Shown one piece after another: positions 51,730-64,000 of a DNA stretch of 64,000 nucleotides. Made by a program: the position numbers and the translations under genes. This DNA comes from the human T2T-CHM13v2.0 reference genome, Homo sapiens: the NCBI RefSeq assembly GCF_009914755.1, contig NC_060927.1; one strand, written 5' to 3'. Each line of letters opens with the position of its first letter. The stretch's first letter is position 1. The notes beneath the pieces are model-generated. The model searched no databases, was not told the DNA's origin, and was given only the letters and a program-made list of their open reading frames with translations.

Positions 51730-51925
51730 AATTTGGACTCCAGTATACTTGAGTTCTAAATTCAGTTTCATCACTTACCAGCTAGCTGTGTGACCTCAGC
51801 CAGTTTCTAAGTTAGGAAGCTTCAGTTTCTATTCAATGGAGCTATATTAAATATTTGAAAAGATTAGACATATTAAGTATATAATATAATTTTTAGCACA
51901 AAACAGGTATTTAATTTTAAAAAAG
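51730..51925 (+). mobile_element. MIR
   Basis: CACTTACCAGCTAGCTGTGTGACCTC...GCTTCAGTTTC. Confidence 0.7.
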
Positions 51926-51959
51926 CTATTATTGTTTTAAATAAATATAACAGAAGAAC

Positions 51960-52135
51960 AGATGTTTATGCTATTATGGCCGTGGACCATTCTGAAGCAA
52001 CTGTGCTGCTGGCCATAAAATCTCATATTACAGTGGGTTATGGAGCCAGTAGCTTTTCCAGAGTCACTTTATTACACTGTGCAAATTTTACAACCCAGAA
52101 AGCCCAAGCTTGTTCCTGAGGCCATAATCAGCTGC
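51960..52135. promoter_or_regulatory. Putative enhancer: cluster of CDX/posterior-HOX-like motifs
   Basis: ATTATGGCC, GGCCATAAAA, GTTATGG, TTTATTAC, TTTTACAAC and GGCCATAAT lie within ~170 bp of non-repeat sequence; function is inferred from motifs only. Confidence 0.35.
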
Positions 52136-52322
52136 TGGAGGATATTACTAAAACATCGGAAATTATTTTTAAATCCTTGACAATTGAAAAATAGTTCAAC
52201 ACATGGAAACTCCTTAAAATGGTCTTTCTCTACCACAGATTGACAAGAAATGAGAAAACGACCTTTAGTAATCCTGAAAATAATTTATTTTGAAATTCCT
52301 TAGGCAGATATTTCTTTTCTAT

Positions 52323-52395
52323 TGAAGGAAAGATGGAGGGAAGAAGGAAGGAAGGAAGGGAGAGAGGGAGGGAGGGAGGGAGGGAGGAAAGAAGC
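52323..52395. repeat. GA-rich polypurine tract with (GGAA)n and (GGGA)5
   Basis: Read directly from the sequence. Confidence 0.9.
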
Positions 52396-53231
52396 AGGCA
52401 AGCACTTATATTAGGATGATGATTGAGAGAAAATTGTCTACAGTGGAACTTCTCTAAAACATCACTCTGCCTGTTGGGTGACTGAGAAGGTCCTTTCTGT
52501 ACTGGGGATTCTGTACTGTGCTGATGAGTACCCACCTTTGCTGGTTTCCTGAAGGCAAACGCCTGAAGGCAATCCCTTGTCCATAGGTACAGGCAAAGGA
52601 AGCAAAAATAACATATACAGCTGAGTTTGTTCCATCCACTGCTACAAATGGCAAACAACCAAATGAAATGTTTTCTTCACAATTGTCATCAATTACTTAT
52701 GAGCAAAGATTTTGTAGAATATCTTATATAATCCAACCTGTTATTAATGCCAAATTATGACATCATGCCAACAAATTAAAAAAAATCATTAATGGATATG
52801 CTGACACATTGCTGTTATCCAAAATGTGTGTCTGTGAAGAATGCTACTGATAATCATCATTTCCTATGAGAAAACCATCTGTCAGTGTGATATGACAGAA
52901 TGCAGTTTTACTAGGCATAGCACTTTTAACGACCTAACTAGAACTTTGAACAGTGTGTTGCAGATAATACATGCAGAGTATTTGTTGATGAATCAGATTC
53001 CAAGATATTATATAGCTCACAAACCCACATAAACCCTCTTTAACAAAAGAAATAGGTGGGGATGGAATAATTTTCTTTTTGAGATTCAGTAAAAATGACG
53101 GGATTTGTATTCAATCATTATTTTTCTTAGAGGTATTTACTCTGTTAAACTGCAATAGAAATTATGGTCATTCTACAGACTATTTTATTTTTGAAATGGT
53201 TACTTTTCTTACCACTTAGAGAAGTAAATTT

Positions 53232-53526
53232 ATTTCATTTTATTATTTATTTATTTCTATTGAGATAGAGTCTCACTCTGTCATGCAGGCTGGAGTGCAG
53301 TGGCACGATCTCTGCCTCTGGATTCAAGCGATTCTCCTGCCTCACGCTCCGGAGTAGCTGGGATTACAGGCACATGCCACCGTGCCCAGCTAATTTTTGT
53401 ATTTTAAGTGGTGACTTGGTTTCACCATGTTGGCCAAGCTGTTCTTGAACTCCTGACCTCAGGTGATCTGCCTGCCTCGGCCTCCGAAAGTGCTGGGATC
53501 ACAAGCGTGAGCCACCACACCCGGCC
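53232..53526 (-). mobile_element. AluSx-like with a small internal deletion
   Basis: Antisense Alu; the GGCTCACTGCAACCTC segment is missing near 53310; degenerate TSD AGAAGT(T)AAATT. Confidence 0.93.
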
Positions 53527-53590
53527 TCAGAAGTTAAATTAACCTTTGATAAAATAGAGCATCCCTGACAACACCATATTTTGTCTTTAT

Positions 53591-54365
<775 letters not shown>

Positions 54366-56214
54366 ATTTGGATGTCTTTTTATAGGCTCACTACTTTCTG
54401 GCTCATCCTACTCAGAACCAGGAAAATGTTGTTAGATTCATTTTCCAAGGTCTAAACCTGATGTCTGAAGCAAGGGGAAAACTGATGTCTGAAGTGAGGT
54501 GAACAAAAATGCCTGTAAACACTAGGGTTGTGCACCTCTGGAATACATGAAGGACAAAAATCATTGAGAGTTTTAAGACTAATGACATAGAACATGAAAA
54601 GGAATACAGCTCTTGCCTCTCTCTGGCCCTGGGACTGGTGCAAGAGATGACTGGGTAGGAAACAGGCTCAGGGTTCCTCAGCCATGCCTTTTCTCACTCT
54701 GTCAGTCCTCAGGCCCACTGGGGCATAGAGGTGTAAATCAAAGACTGGCTTTAGAGCCAACAAAGGAGCTTCTACAAGTTATGGCTGCCTGAGTCTGGAC
54801 TTCTTAAATGAGATACTTGGGTATCAGCATCAGGAGTATGCTTTAAAATCTCTATAGGTAACAAAAATCATAACATTTATAATAGCTAACATTTAGTGAA
54901 CACTTGTGGCAGTCCCTTTCTAAGTGCTATGAATAGATTAACACAGTTAATCCACCTTACAACATTGGAACCCTGATAGATTCGTTCTAAAGATTTACCC
55001 ACCAGTGAGGTAGTTTGCTGTATCTCACTCATATCCACTTCTCTTTGCCATAGAAGGTAAGTGACCTTGTGAACATTGTTTGCACATTTTTCTCATATGC
55101 TAAGAATATATAATTGCTTAGTCATAACATAATTCTTGTGGAAAGTAACCACATAGTGACAATAATAACATATTGTAGATTTATAAGTGCTGCTGCCCTA
55201 TTGTAATTTTCAACAAGAAACATTTGTTCAAATGCCTGCTATGTATTGGACAGCATGCTAAGTGCTCAGGATAAAAAAGTAAAGTAATATGTGGTCTCCC
55301 TGACCTGGAGGAACTAATAGAAAAAAAAAAAAACACAACACCAACCTTTCATTTCATTTGTCACCAACATTTATTCTGCTCTATAAATTTGTATCCCCAA
55401 AGGGTCTCATTTCTCTCATGTGACAATCCCATCAGGGAAGAGTTTAAGATCCTTTAAGTCCTAAATTAATTCCTTGATATATATATTATCTTCCCATCAC
55501 CCACATCATTGCAATTATGGCTCCTTCCTGGCTCCTTCTCCCAATATCAAGCCCCAAGGCATCTATAGAGAGGAATTAGAAATTATATCAAGTATAATAG
55601 AGCCAGATTGGGAAAGCTAGAACAAATAGGGTTCTAAAAGACAAAGATTGATGCCAATTAAAGTCTTAATCAGGTCAAGTAGCTAAATCAGTGAAAGTAA
55701 TCAAGAAACAGCAGGATTATGTAAAGCAAAGTTGGAAATCAAAAGGTAGTGAGGCACGGTGGACCAGACATCCAAATAAAGGGGAGAGGCCCCTTAATTA
55801 CAGAATGAAACTTGAGGACAAGGATTGGTGGGCAGGGGAGAATGAAAAGGTCATTGATGCTTTCTTTATTATGGTTTGATGCAAATAATATTCAGCTGTG
55901 GCAGCATATAGAAATTGGGGGAAAGAATAGAATGCCAAATTAGAAAGTGAGGATTCAAAAAATATTTTGCAAAACTGGATATTTCAAATAAGAGTGACCA
56001 AATGGCAAAAAGCCAGAGCTGTCTCAGAATGCAAGGCGATTGAATTTTTTTTTCTATTTGCCCTTAATTAACTCTTGAGCAGGACAAACTGTTTTGAAAG
56101 TATCATGATAACAAATAATCAGACTTTTCCTATTGCAAAAATGTGGTTAGAATCCAATAGGAAAGTATCTTAGGAAAATCTCCATATAATGATAATAATC
56201 CTAATATAGTAGTT

Positions 56215-56835
56215 ACATTTACTTATTCAAAAATATTAACTAAGCACCTACTATAAGGCCAGGTTCTGCTCTAGGTGTTGAGGATATAGCAGTTAATATA
56301 ACAGACAAAAATGTCTGCTCTCATAGAGTTTACATTCTAGTGGGGTGAGACAGACAATAAGCATAATGAATAATTTATAGCGTGGTTTGAGGGGTGAATA
56401 AGTGAGATGGCAAAAAGTACAGCAGACTAGGAGGGTGGGGAGTGCTGGGGGCAAGGAGTGATTGTAATTACATAGAAGTGTCACTGGAGAGGGAAAGAAA
56501 GCCAACCATTCACCTGAAAAGAGCTTTCCCAGTGGAAGCAATGGCCAATGCGAAGGATGGAGGCAAGTATGTAAGATTAATAAGAGGATTGGTGTGGCTG
56601 GAAGAGAGAGAGGGAGGGATTGGGTGGTTGGAGAGGAGACTAGATGGAGAGAAGAGAGGGAGGAGGAGAGAGGGCAGCTCACAGGGCTGTGTGTTTCCAA
56701 GGAATTTGGAATGAAATGAAGAGACACTGGGGAGTTTCAAGTATAGGAATAATGTGATCCAACTTCCCTTTTAACATGATGGCTGTGAAACTAGACCATG
56801 GGAGACAAAAGTGGCAGTAGGAGTGTCAGATGAGG
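56215..56835 (-). mobile_element. L2a 3' region
   Basis: AAGCACCTACTATAAGGCCAGG...GAGTTTACATTCTAGTGGGG...AATGTGATCCAACTT. Confidence 0.85.
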
Positions 56836-57010
56836 GTTACTGAGTGTTTACTAAGCCCCTGTTCCAATGCTGTAGATTGTGCATAAGATTCAATCATAAG
56901 ACTTTGAGGAATGAGACTACATTTTACAGATAAGAAAACTGAGGCTCAGAGAAACTATAGTTCCAGACCCCACTGCTGATAAGGTCTGTTGAGCTCTTAA
57001 AATCATACTC
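56836..57010 (-). mobile_element. MIR
   Basis: CATTTTACAGATAAGAAAACTGAGGCTCAGAGA. Confidence 0.8.
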
Positions 57011-57187
57011 TTAGGTGTTTTCTATAACATTAAAAATTTACAAATAACACATATTCTACAAATATGCCCCTGAATCTATGAGGATACAGCAGTGAGCAAG
57101 AGAGACATGGTCCACGTTCTTATGCAGAGCCTACTGGAGGAGGTGGACATTTAGAAATCTATCAAATTGATAAATATATAATCATAA

Positions 57188-57478
<291 letters not shown>

Positions 57479-57617
57479 CTGAAGACTCCTTTTCTCAAGG
57501 ATCCTGGGCTCAGAAGAACTTTTGGCCTCACCTGTCCCCAACTCTGGCTCCCCGCTACTGTTAGCCTGCTGCTGTGACAGCGCCGCATGGGGACATTCTG
57601 TGCGAGAGCCACTCCCT

Positions 57618-57701
57618 GGCTGGGCACGGTGGCTCTTGCCTGTAATCCCAGCACTTTGGGAGGCCGAGGCAGGTGGATCGCCTGAGGTCAGGAGTTCAAG
57701 A
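57618..57701 (+). mobile_element. Alu 5' fragment (~84 bp)
   Basis: GGCTGGGCACGGTGGCTC...AGGAGTTCAAGA, flanked by the direct repeat AGAGCCACTCC. Confidence 0.92.
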
Positions 57702-58744
57702 GCCACTCCTGCTGGCTCTCTCACTGAGGGTTCCCCAAAGACCCTAACCCAGAGGCCCCTGACCTCTTGGGGCCTCCCCGGCACCCCAGCCCACCTCACT
57801 CCTCACCCCGTCACTATAAAAATGCATCAAACAATTTAGATGGAGAGGTTATGAGAGGAAAGGCTTTGCAACAGAAGTGAGAATTAAGCTGAAACCTGAT
57901 GAAGACAAAGTTATTCAAGGAAAGAAATGATGAAAGATTATTTCAGACAAATGCATTAAGGCGGCAAAGAGATTAAACTTTCTAGGAACTGAGGGAAGGC
58001 CAGTGACATGAAGAGGAGGAGAGTGGTGAGACATGTGGCAGGTTCAGTAGGTAGATGCCAGGTCATGCAGGGTGTGGTTGGCCAGAGTTGGAGTTTGAAT
58101 TTTACTCTAAACGCAGAGAAGCTATGGGTGTGTTTTAAACAGCAAGTGGCATAATTTGATTTGAGTTTTTCAGGATTACTTTGGATTTGTTGGAAGAGGG
58201 GTTGTTTGACCCCTTAAGATATTCCTTTTCCTAGGGCCATTTTTGGGGGGCTTGGCAGGCCCCAAAGCTAGGACAACAAAATTAAGAAAGAATTTTGATT
58301 TTGAAGAAGAACCAGAGATATTTCTAGGAACAGTAAAAGAAAGTGCAGCTTGACAGTAGGGAAAATCTTCTAACTGATATTCATCTTCCCTCCCCACTTC
58401 CAACCACCAGGCTTATTTAGATAGAATATAATAACCCAATAGAACCAAATGAGTATCACCTCAAAGTAGGAAATGAGGAGCAAATATGGGAGATTGGAAG
58501 GATTAAAGGGAAGAGAAGACATTCATAATAGGATTGTTTTGTAATGAATGGGAAAGACATGCTCCCAGAACGGCAGCCATGAAAAGCAGAGACAAAAGGA
58601 CCCACACTTACTGAGGAACCATGGAGGAGGATGAGTTGAAAGAGTAGAGGAGCCATTCTCCTCTACTTCACTGTAGACCCTACACGGATTGGATGATTGT
58701 AAAAGACAATTATTTAAATTAAAATGAAGGCTTCTCAGGTAATA

Positions 58745-58960
58745 GCAACTACAACAGAAACACTTATTGATGTTACACTATTGATCATTACTTTGCTAAA
58801 TTTAGCCAATGTCCAAAGTAATTGCCTGTATTAACTCATCAAAACTCACAGCAACACTGTGAGGTAGGGACTCTTAGAGTCCCTTTTATAGAGGAGCTAA
58901 TGGAGGCACAATGAGATTAGGGAACTTGCCCAAGGTCTCTAAATTGGAAAGTGGTGTTTA
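58745..58960 (-). mobile_element. MIR
   Basis: CTCACAGCAACACTGTGAGGTAGG...GAGGCACA...AACTTGCCCAAGGTC. Confidence 0.8.
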
Positions 58961-59716
58961 TGTATACATCATACTTTCTATTCCCTTTGCAACATCGTTA
59001 TAGTTTTTCCTGCTCATTTGAGTTTCAGGATTAATGTCCATTAATGGGTTGATTTTTTGAAGTCACATGGCTTCATTAGCAAGAGAGCCTGGATAAGACT
59101 ATAGTTAAATATAATGTGCAACTGCAGAAAACTGTGTCCTTCACAGCCCTCTCTATGATTTGCTTCCACTCCACTTCAATCAGCCGTGGGAACATGGATA
59201 GCTCCTCAGGGATAATGATGAATTACTAATGTAATTGTGTATTTCAAAGACCAGTAATAGTTCCAGTGCCAGGCAGATGATACAACTCTTACATATGATT
59301 GTTTTAGTTTTGACTGATGTTTAATCCTATTTTTATAGTTTTCAGGAAATGTATTGCAGTTTTTTTTTCCCCAAGAAACTAGTACTACTTAAGATTAACT
59401 GATGAAACTGTGGAAAATAGCTGCCATGAAAACAGTCATTACTATTAGGAAATGTAGAGCATAAATCTGAAATAAAGATCAAGCTCTTCTTTTCCTTATT
59501 AAAGCATAATTTTATGCATTGGTTGAATGCCTCTTTGAGTCATGGTGAAATTGAGCCACTTAATGATGTGGAAATATTTAGAATGTTCAAAAAGGAAACA
59601 TATTACAAGGGGCATCAGCACCTAGAAAAATGTCTATCTTTCATTTCTACAATTACAATTTTCCCAGTTACATTTTTTTTTGCAGAGATTTCTAATATAT
59701 TTGAACCCACAGCCAA

Positions 59717-59819
59717 TATATTGATTAGAGATCCATAGTGAATACCATGATACTTGGGTAAGATTCCTGCATTCTTACCCAAGTATCATGGTATTCACTA
59801 TGGATCTCTAATCAATATA
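59717..59819. repeat. Perfect inverted repeat, 47-bp arms, 9-nt spacer
   Basis: 59717-59763 (TATATTGATTAGAGATCCATAGTGAATACCATGATACTTGGGTAAGA) is the exact reverse complement of 59773-59819; spacer TTCCTGCAT. Confidence 0.97.
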
Positions 59820-59821
59820 AT

Positions 59822-60070
59822 TTTATCGACAAACATAGCCTCTATTATGTGCAAAACAAGTGCTTGGAAAAATAGAGACAACAGATCCTTAAGGATGGGA
59901 GAGGGCAAGTAGACCAAAAAATATAATTCAAAACAAATGAAGTAATGCTTATAAAATACGTTGAAAGAAAAATCTGCAAGGCTGCAAAGAAGGTAAGGTT
60001 AAGAAGCATAAGAATTTCCTGAAAGAGGTGCTATTGAGTAGAATCTTGAATAATATGGATTTCAAGTGTA
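59822..60070 (-). mobile_element. L2 fragment
   Basis: ACAAACATAGCCTCTATTATGTGC...TTCCTGAAAGAGGTGCTATTGAG...TCTTGAA. Confidence 0.55.
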
Positions 60071-60399
60071 AAATATTTCAAGTGTATATTAAGTCCCCGA
60101 GAAATATCGGCTATATGAGTGAAGTTAAAAATCTAGTGGGGAATAAAAGAAAGGAGAAGGTTTCAGGGCTCAGGAAATGACAAATGAGGATATTATTTCA
60201 GACGGAGACAGATCCTTCCCTGCTCACCTGCTCCTTCTAGTAAGAACTTACACCTGTAGTGAGATGTCAAGAAAGCTTAATTGAAATACAGGTTTTGACT
60301 GTCAGATAGTGAAGAAACAATTGGCTGTTATTTGATACATTGAAGAAATGTGGTGTTCAGAAAGGCTTGTAAACATAATTTAGAATATATGATTATTTT

Positions 60400-61120
60400 C
60401 TTTCTCTGTCTCCGGGGATGGTTTTACCATCCATTCAGCCGTGCAAGTGGGATTCCTAGAAATGGTCCCTGGCCCCTCTTTTCCAGGCTTCCATGAGCTC
60501 TGTTGATGTTATGTCCTAATGCTGCCAAACAATCCACTCTTTTGCATCTTTACCACCTCCAATGCAGTCTTTTCTCACTTTGGCTTTTAAAAATTCCTTC
60601 TTCCACATCCATCCATGCTCTTTCAATTATGTTTTCTACATTGCAACCAAAGTGATCTTTTAAAAGAGCTGTTTATTTATTTTATTTTATTTTATTTTTT
60701 ATTTTTTTGCTAAAACTTGCAAGAGGCTCCTCCTTAACATGGTACAAAAATCCTCCAGGGTTTATTCCCTGCCTATAAGTCTGGTCTTACTTTACACCAT
60801 TTTCCTATATCATTATACAATTTCTTTCACAGGACTAATCACCATTTACATTTGTATATTCTTGTGTGATCAGTTTCTCCCTTTCTTACCAGGGGAATCC
60901 ACATACATACTCCGTGAACTCTGATTTTGTGTCCCAGTGGTGTGATTCTCAGAGTTATTTAAACATTATCCCTAGTTTTATCATCTGAAAGAAGGAGAAG
61001 GAGAAGAAAAAAAGAAGTTCTCATGGAGTGGTTACAGATTACACGGACTAATACCTGCAAGAATTCTTAAAACTGTGCCTGACACATAGTACATGCTCAA
61101 TAGATGAAAAAACTACTAGT
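60400..61120 (+). mobile_element. L2 fragment followed by MIR
   Basis: CCATCCATTCAG...CAACCAAAGTGATCTTTTAAAA (L2); CTTAAAACTGTGCCTGACACATAGTACATGCTCAATA (MIR tail). Confidence 0.65.
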
Positions 61121-61435
61121 TATAGAATGTAAATTCTATCAATACATGTATCAAAATTTGTTTGGCACATCAGCGCTTTGCATAATGCCTAACACAATTG
61201 TTTAATTCCTCAATAACTGTCAATTAAATAAATAATAAAGAATACAAACATAAAAGTGAACATTTGATTACACCACGTAATACTTATGAAATTAAAGGTA
61301 TAGTGTAGATATCTGAAATACTGACAAGGGAGTCCAGCTAATTTCTGTTCTGGAGCCTTACAAGATGATCTAGGTGTAAATCCTTAACCTGCAGGCCAAG
61401 AAACACAAATTTTGGCAGTGTTCTGATTAAGCTGA

Positions 61436-61818
<383 letters not shown>

Positions 61819-64000
61819 GAGATATTTATACAATGTAAAACACAATTTATATTTGGTTAGCACATCCTTTCCTTTCTAGGAAAGTATATGTAAAAACCAA
61901 ATTATTATAAGAAATATATTCATTGATCATGGAATAAAAGCAAAGGGAGCAGTGGGATGACCTTTATAATTAATGACATCAGGCTTACAAAACTGTGATC
62001 CAGCTCTCTTCACTTTAGGGATACAGCAACCAATGGGCAGACCATCTCTTCCTGGATTGTTCTGACTCAGTCTTCATCTTGGTGATCGCACATGTTTTGC
62101 TGGACAATATGTAGGCCACTTGTTTGTATTCACGTTTTCTTCTTTTTCCCTAAACCATTATTTAGATTCTACTCGATATGGCTAGATTTAAATCCTAAGG
62201 AAACGTAATCATTTTTGTAATAGACTTAGGCATTTCCCAAATCTCTCATAGTTCTACGGATTTGTTTCAGTTTGGCTTTGTTGTTGTTGTTGTTTGTTTT
62301 TTAATTTATTTTAACCAAGAGTTAGTTTCATCCTTTATGCTAAGGTTTTACTACTCTCACCTGAGCAGTCTGGAGTCATTTACTGATGCCCACAATATGC
62401 CAAATGTTACCCTAATGCTCAAGAAACCTGATATTTTAAAAATACCTTCTCATTTCAATTTTGGACTAATTTTTACATAGGAAGCATTACTTAGGTTTTG
62501 GTATCATTGTTGTTTTCAATTTTTACTAGTTATGATAATCAAAGAAACCTTTCAAAAATCAATTTTGGGAGGTTTGTAGAGTAACTGAGAAATGCAAGAA
62601 ACAATGTACAGACTTGGTGGCAGCATTTCAGATAAACCTAAACTGGAGATTTACTTGCACAGAACCCCAGAGAAAACCACGGATACTACTTTCTTTAATT
62701 TATGGGCAGTCATAGAATTGAATTTTTTAAAAAAAATAAAATGAATGTTGCCTCGTTATGAATAAACCTTCACAAATTAATTAAACCTTTTAATTTTCCT
62801 TGCCATTAGATCATAGGAAGAAATGTCATTTCATATTTTTAATGAGTATTCATTTATTTGAGATGTGGCTTTATAACTAGTGTTAGGTATAGTAAAATTT
62901 CCCTCTATTTGGACTAAACAAGGAGAGGAAGCTAGTTTGAATTTAATGAGTCTGAAATAATTTTTATTATTTTCAAATGTACTGGTAACTAAATCAGTCT
63001 AACTCCATGCCCTATAATGAGACATAGCAAAGGATTTGTAGTTAGCATATTGATTGCTTTAAAATGCCGTTAATACCTAAATAGGAGCTCAGAAGACACA
63101 TTAAAAATAGTTATGGAAACAAACAGAATTCCTGCTATTGATTTTTCAAACCTATTTTTCAATATCACACAAAATTATATTTTGTCAAAGAACCATTTCA
63201 AATTTTCATAAGTTTCAGATTTGTAAGGCATAATTAAAAGCTTTAAACTAATTTTGTAGGTGGAAAGTTTAAGTAGTTTTTTTTTTAAATAGTAGCTTTA
63301 TGTGTTTAATGATCTTTTGGATTTTTAATGCCTGCAGATTCCTAATTACGATTACAATTATGGGCTCAGTTAAAGTTGAATGCATGATTATGTGGGAGTA
63401 TTTCAGGTAATAAGTTAGATATTTTAACTCAGTAATTGCCAGTGATTAATTCTATTTTTTTCCCAGATTGTTTTTTGTTTGAATTTGAAAAGTTAGCTTA
63501 TTATTTCCTTGAACTGTAATTGCCTCTAAATTATGCACAAGGCTTTAAGTTCTGAGTTAATTATATCCTAGTGCATTCTTTTAAATCAAACTTAGAAATT
63601 TCAAGGTGCACACATCATAAGAATCCATAAAGTCCTTTAACATGTGCCTGGATAAAGAACTGCCATGCATGATTGATGACAGTAGGTTTTTTGAAGTTCT
63701 TTCAATTCTGTGGTGCCAATCATTAAAGGCATTAGAAATTCATCTCTATCGAAGAATTTATGGAGATTCAAATATTAAAATTAAGCTGTCGAGTCTCCGG
63801 TCAATACCTTTTAGTCCAACTTCTTTGAAAAACAAGAAGCTTCAGTGTGAATTATATTTTATAAATGTAGGTATAGAAAGCATCAGGAAAAAACTATTTT
63901 TTTAAAACCTGCATTTATTATATATCCAAAACCCAAAACCAAAATAGCTTCATAAAAAGCAGAGTAAGAAATCTTAAGGCAAAGTTGGGACATGTTATGA

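Noticed and set aside
52230-52658. 142-aa minus ORF
   Set aside because: Runs through the GA-rich tract (LPPSLP...), lacks a convincing start or splice context, and shows no homology I recognise.
56293-56727. 144-aa ORF, the longest in the track
   Set aside because: Lies entirely in an L2 remnant, has low-complexity S/P/L composition and no recognisable domain.

Overview
AT-rich, CpG-poor primate genomic DNA (AluY/AluS, THE1, MSTA and L1PA elements present, so simian and probably human or great ape), intergenic or deep-intronic. I find no credible protein-coding exon, tRNA/rRNA gene or CpG-island promoter; the ORF-track entries are repeat-derived or chance ORFs. Most of the window is old interspersed repeat: MaLR/ERVL LTRs, a ~3 kb degenerate ERVL-class gag-pol fossil on the minus strand, a ~5.4 kb L1ME-type element with nested insertions, L2, MIR, hAT/Tigger/mariner MITEs and about 12 Alus. 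Repeat subfamily names come from recalled consensus sequences, not from a database search, and the boundaries of old elements are approximate. The most unusual structures are (1) a perfect 47-bp inverted repeat with a 9-nt loop at 59717-59819, a candidate template-switch-born hairpin or de novo miRNA, (2) a ~590-bp GC/CpG-rich foreign block inserted into an L2 with junction microhomology and no poly-A or TSD at 57226-57814, (3) a three-layer L1MC>MER74>THE1D nest whose THE1 has a duplicated 3' terminus, and (4) several repeat-free, homeobox-motif-rich stretches that may be enhancers. I cannot support a new multi-gene system from this sequence.
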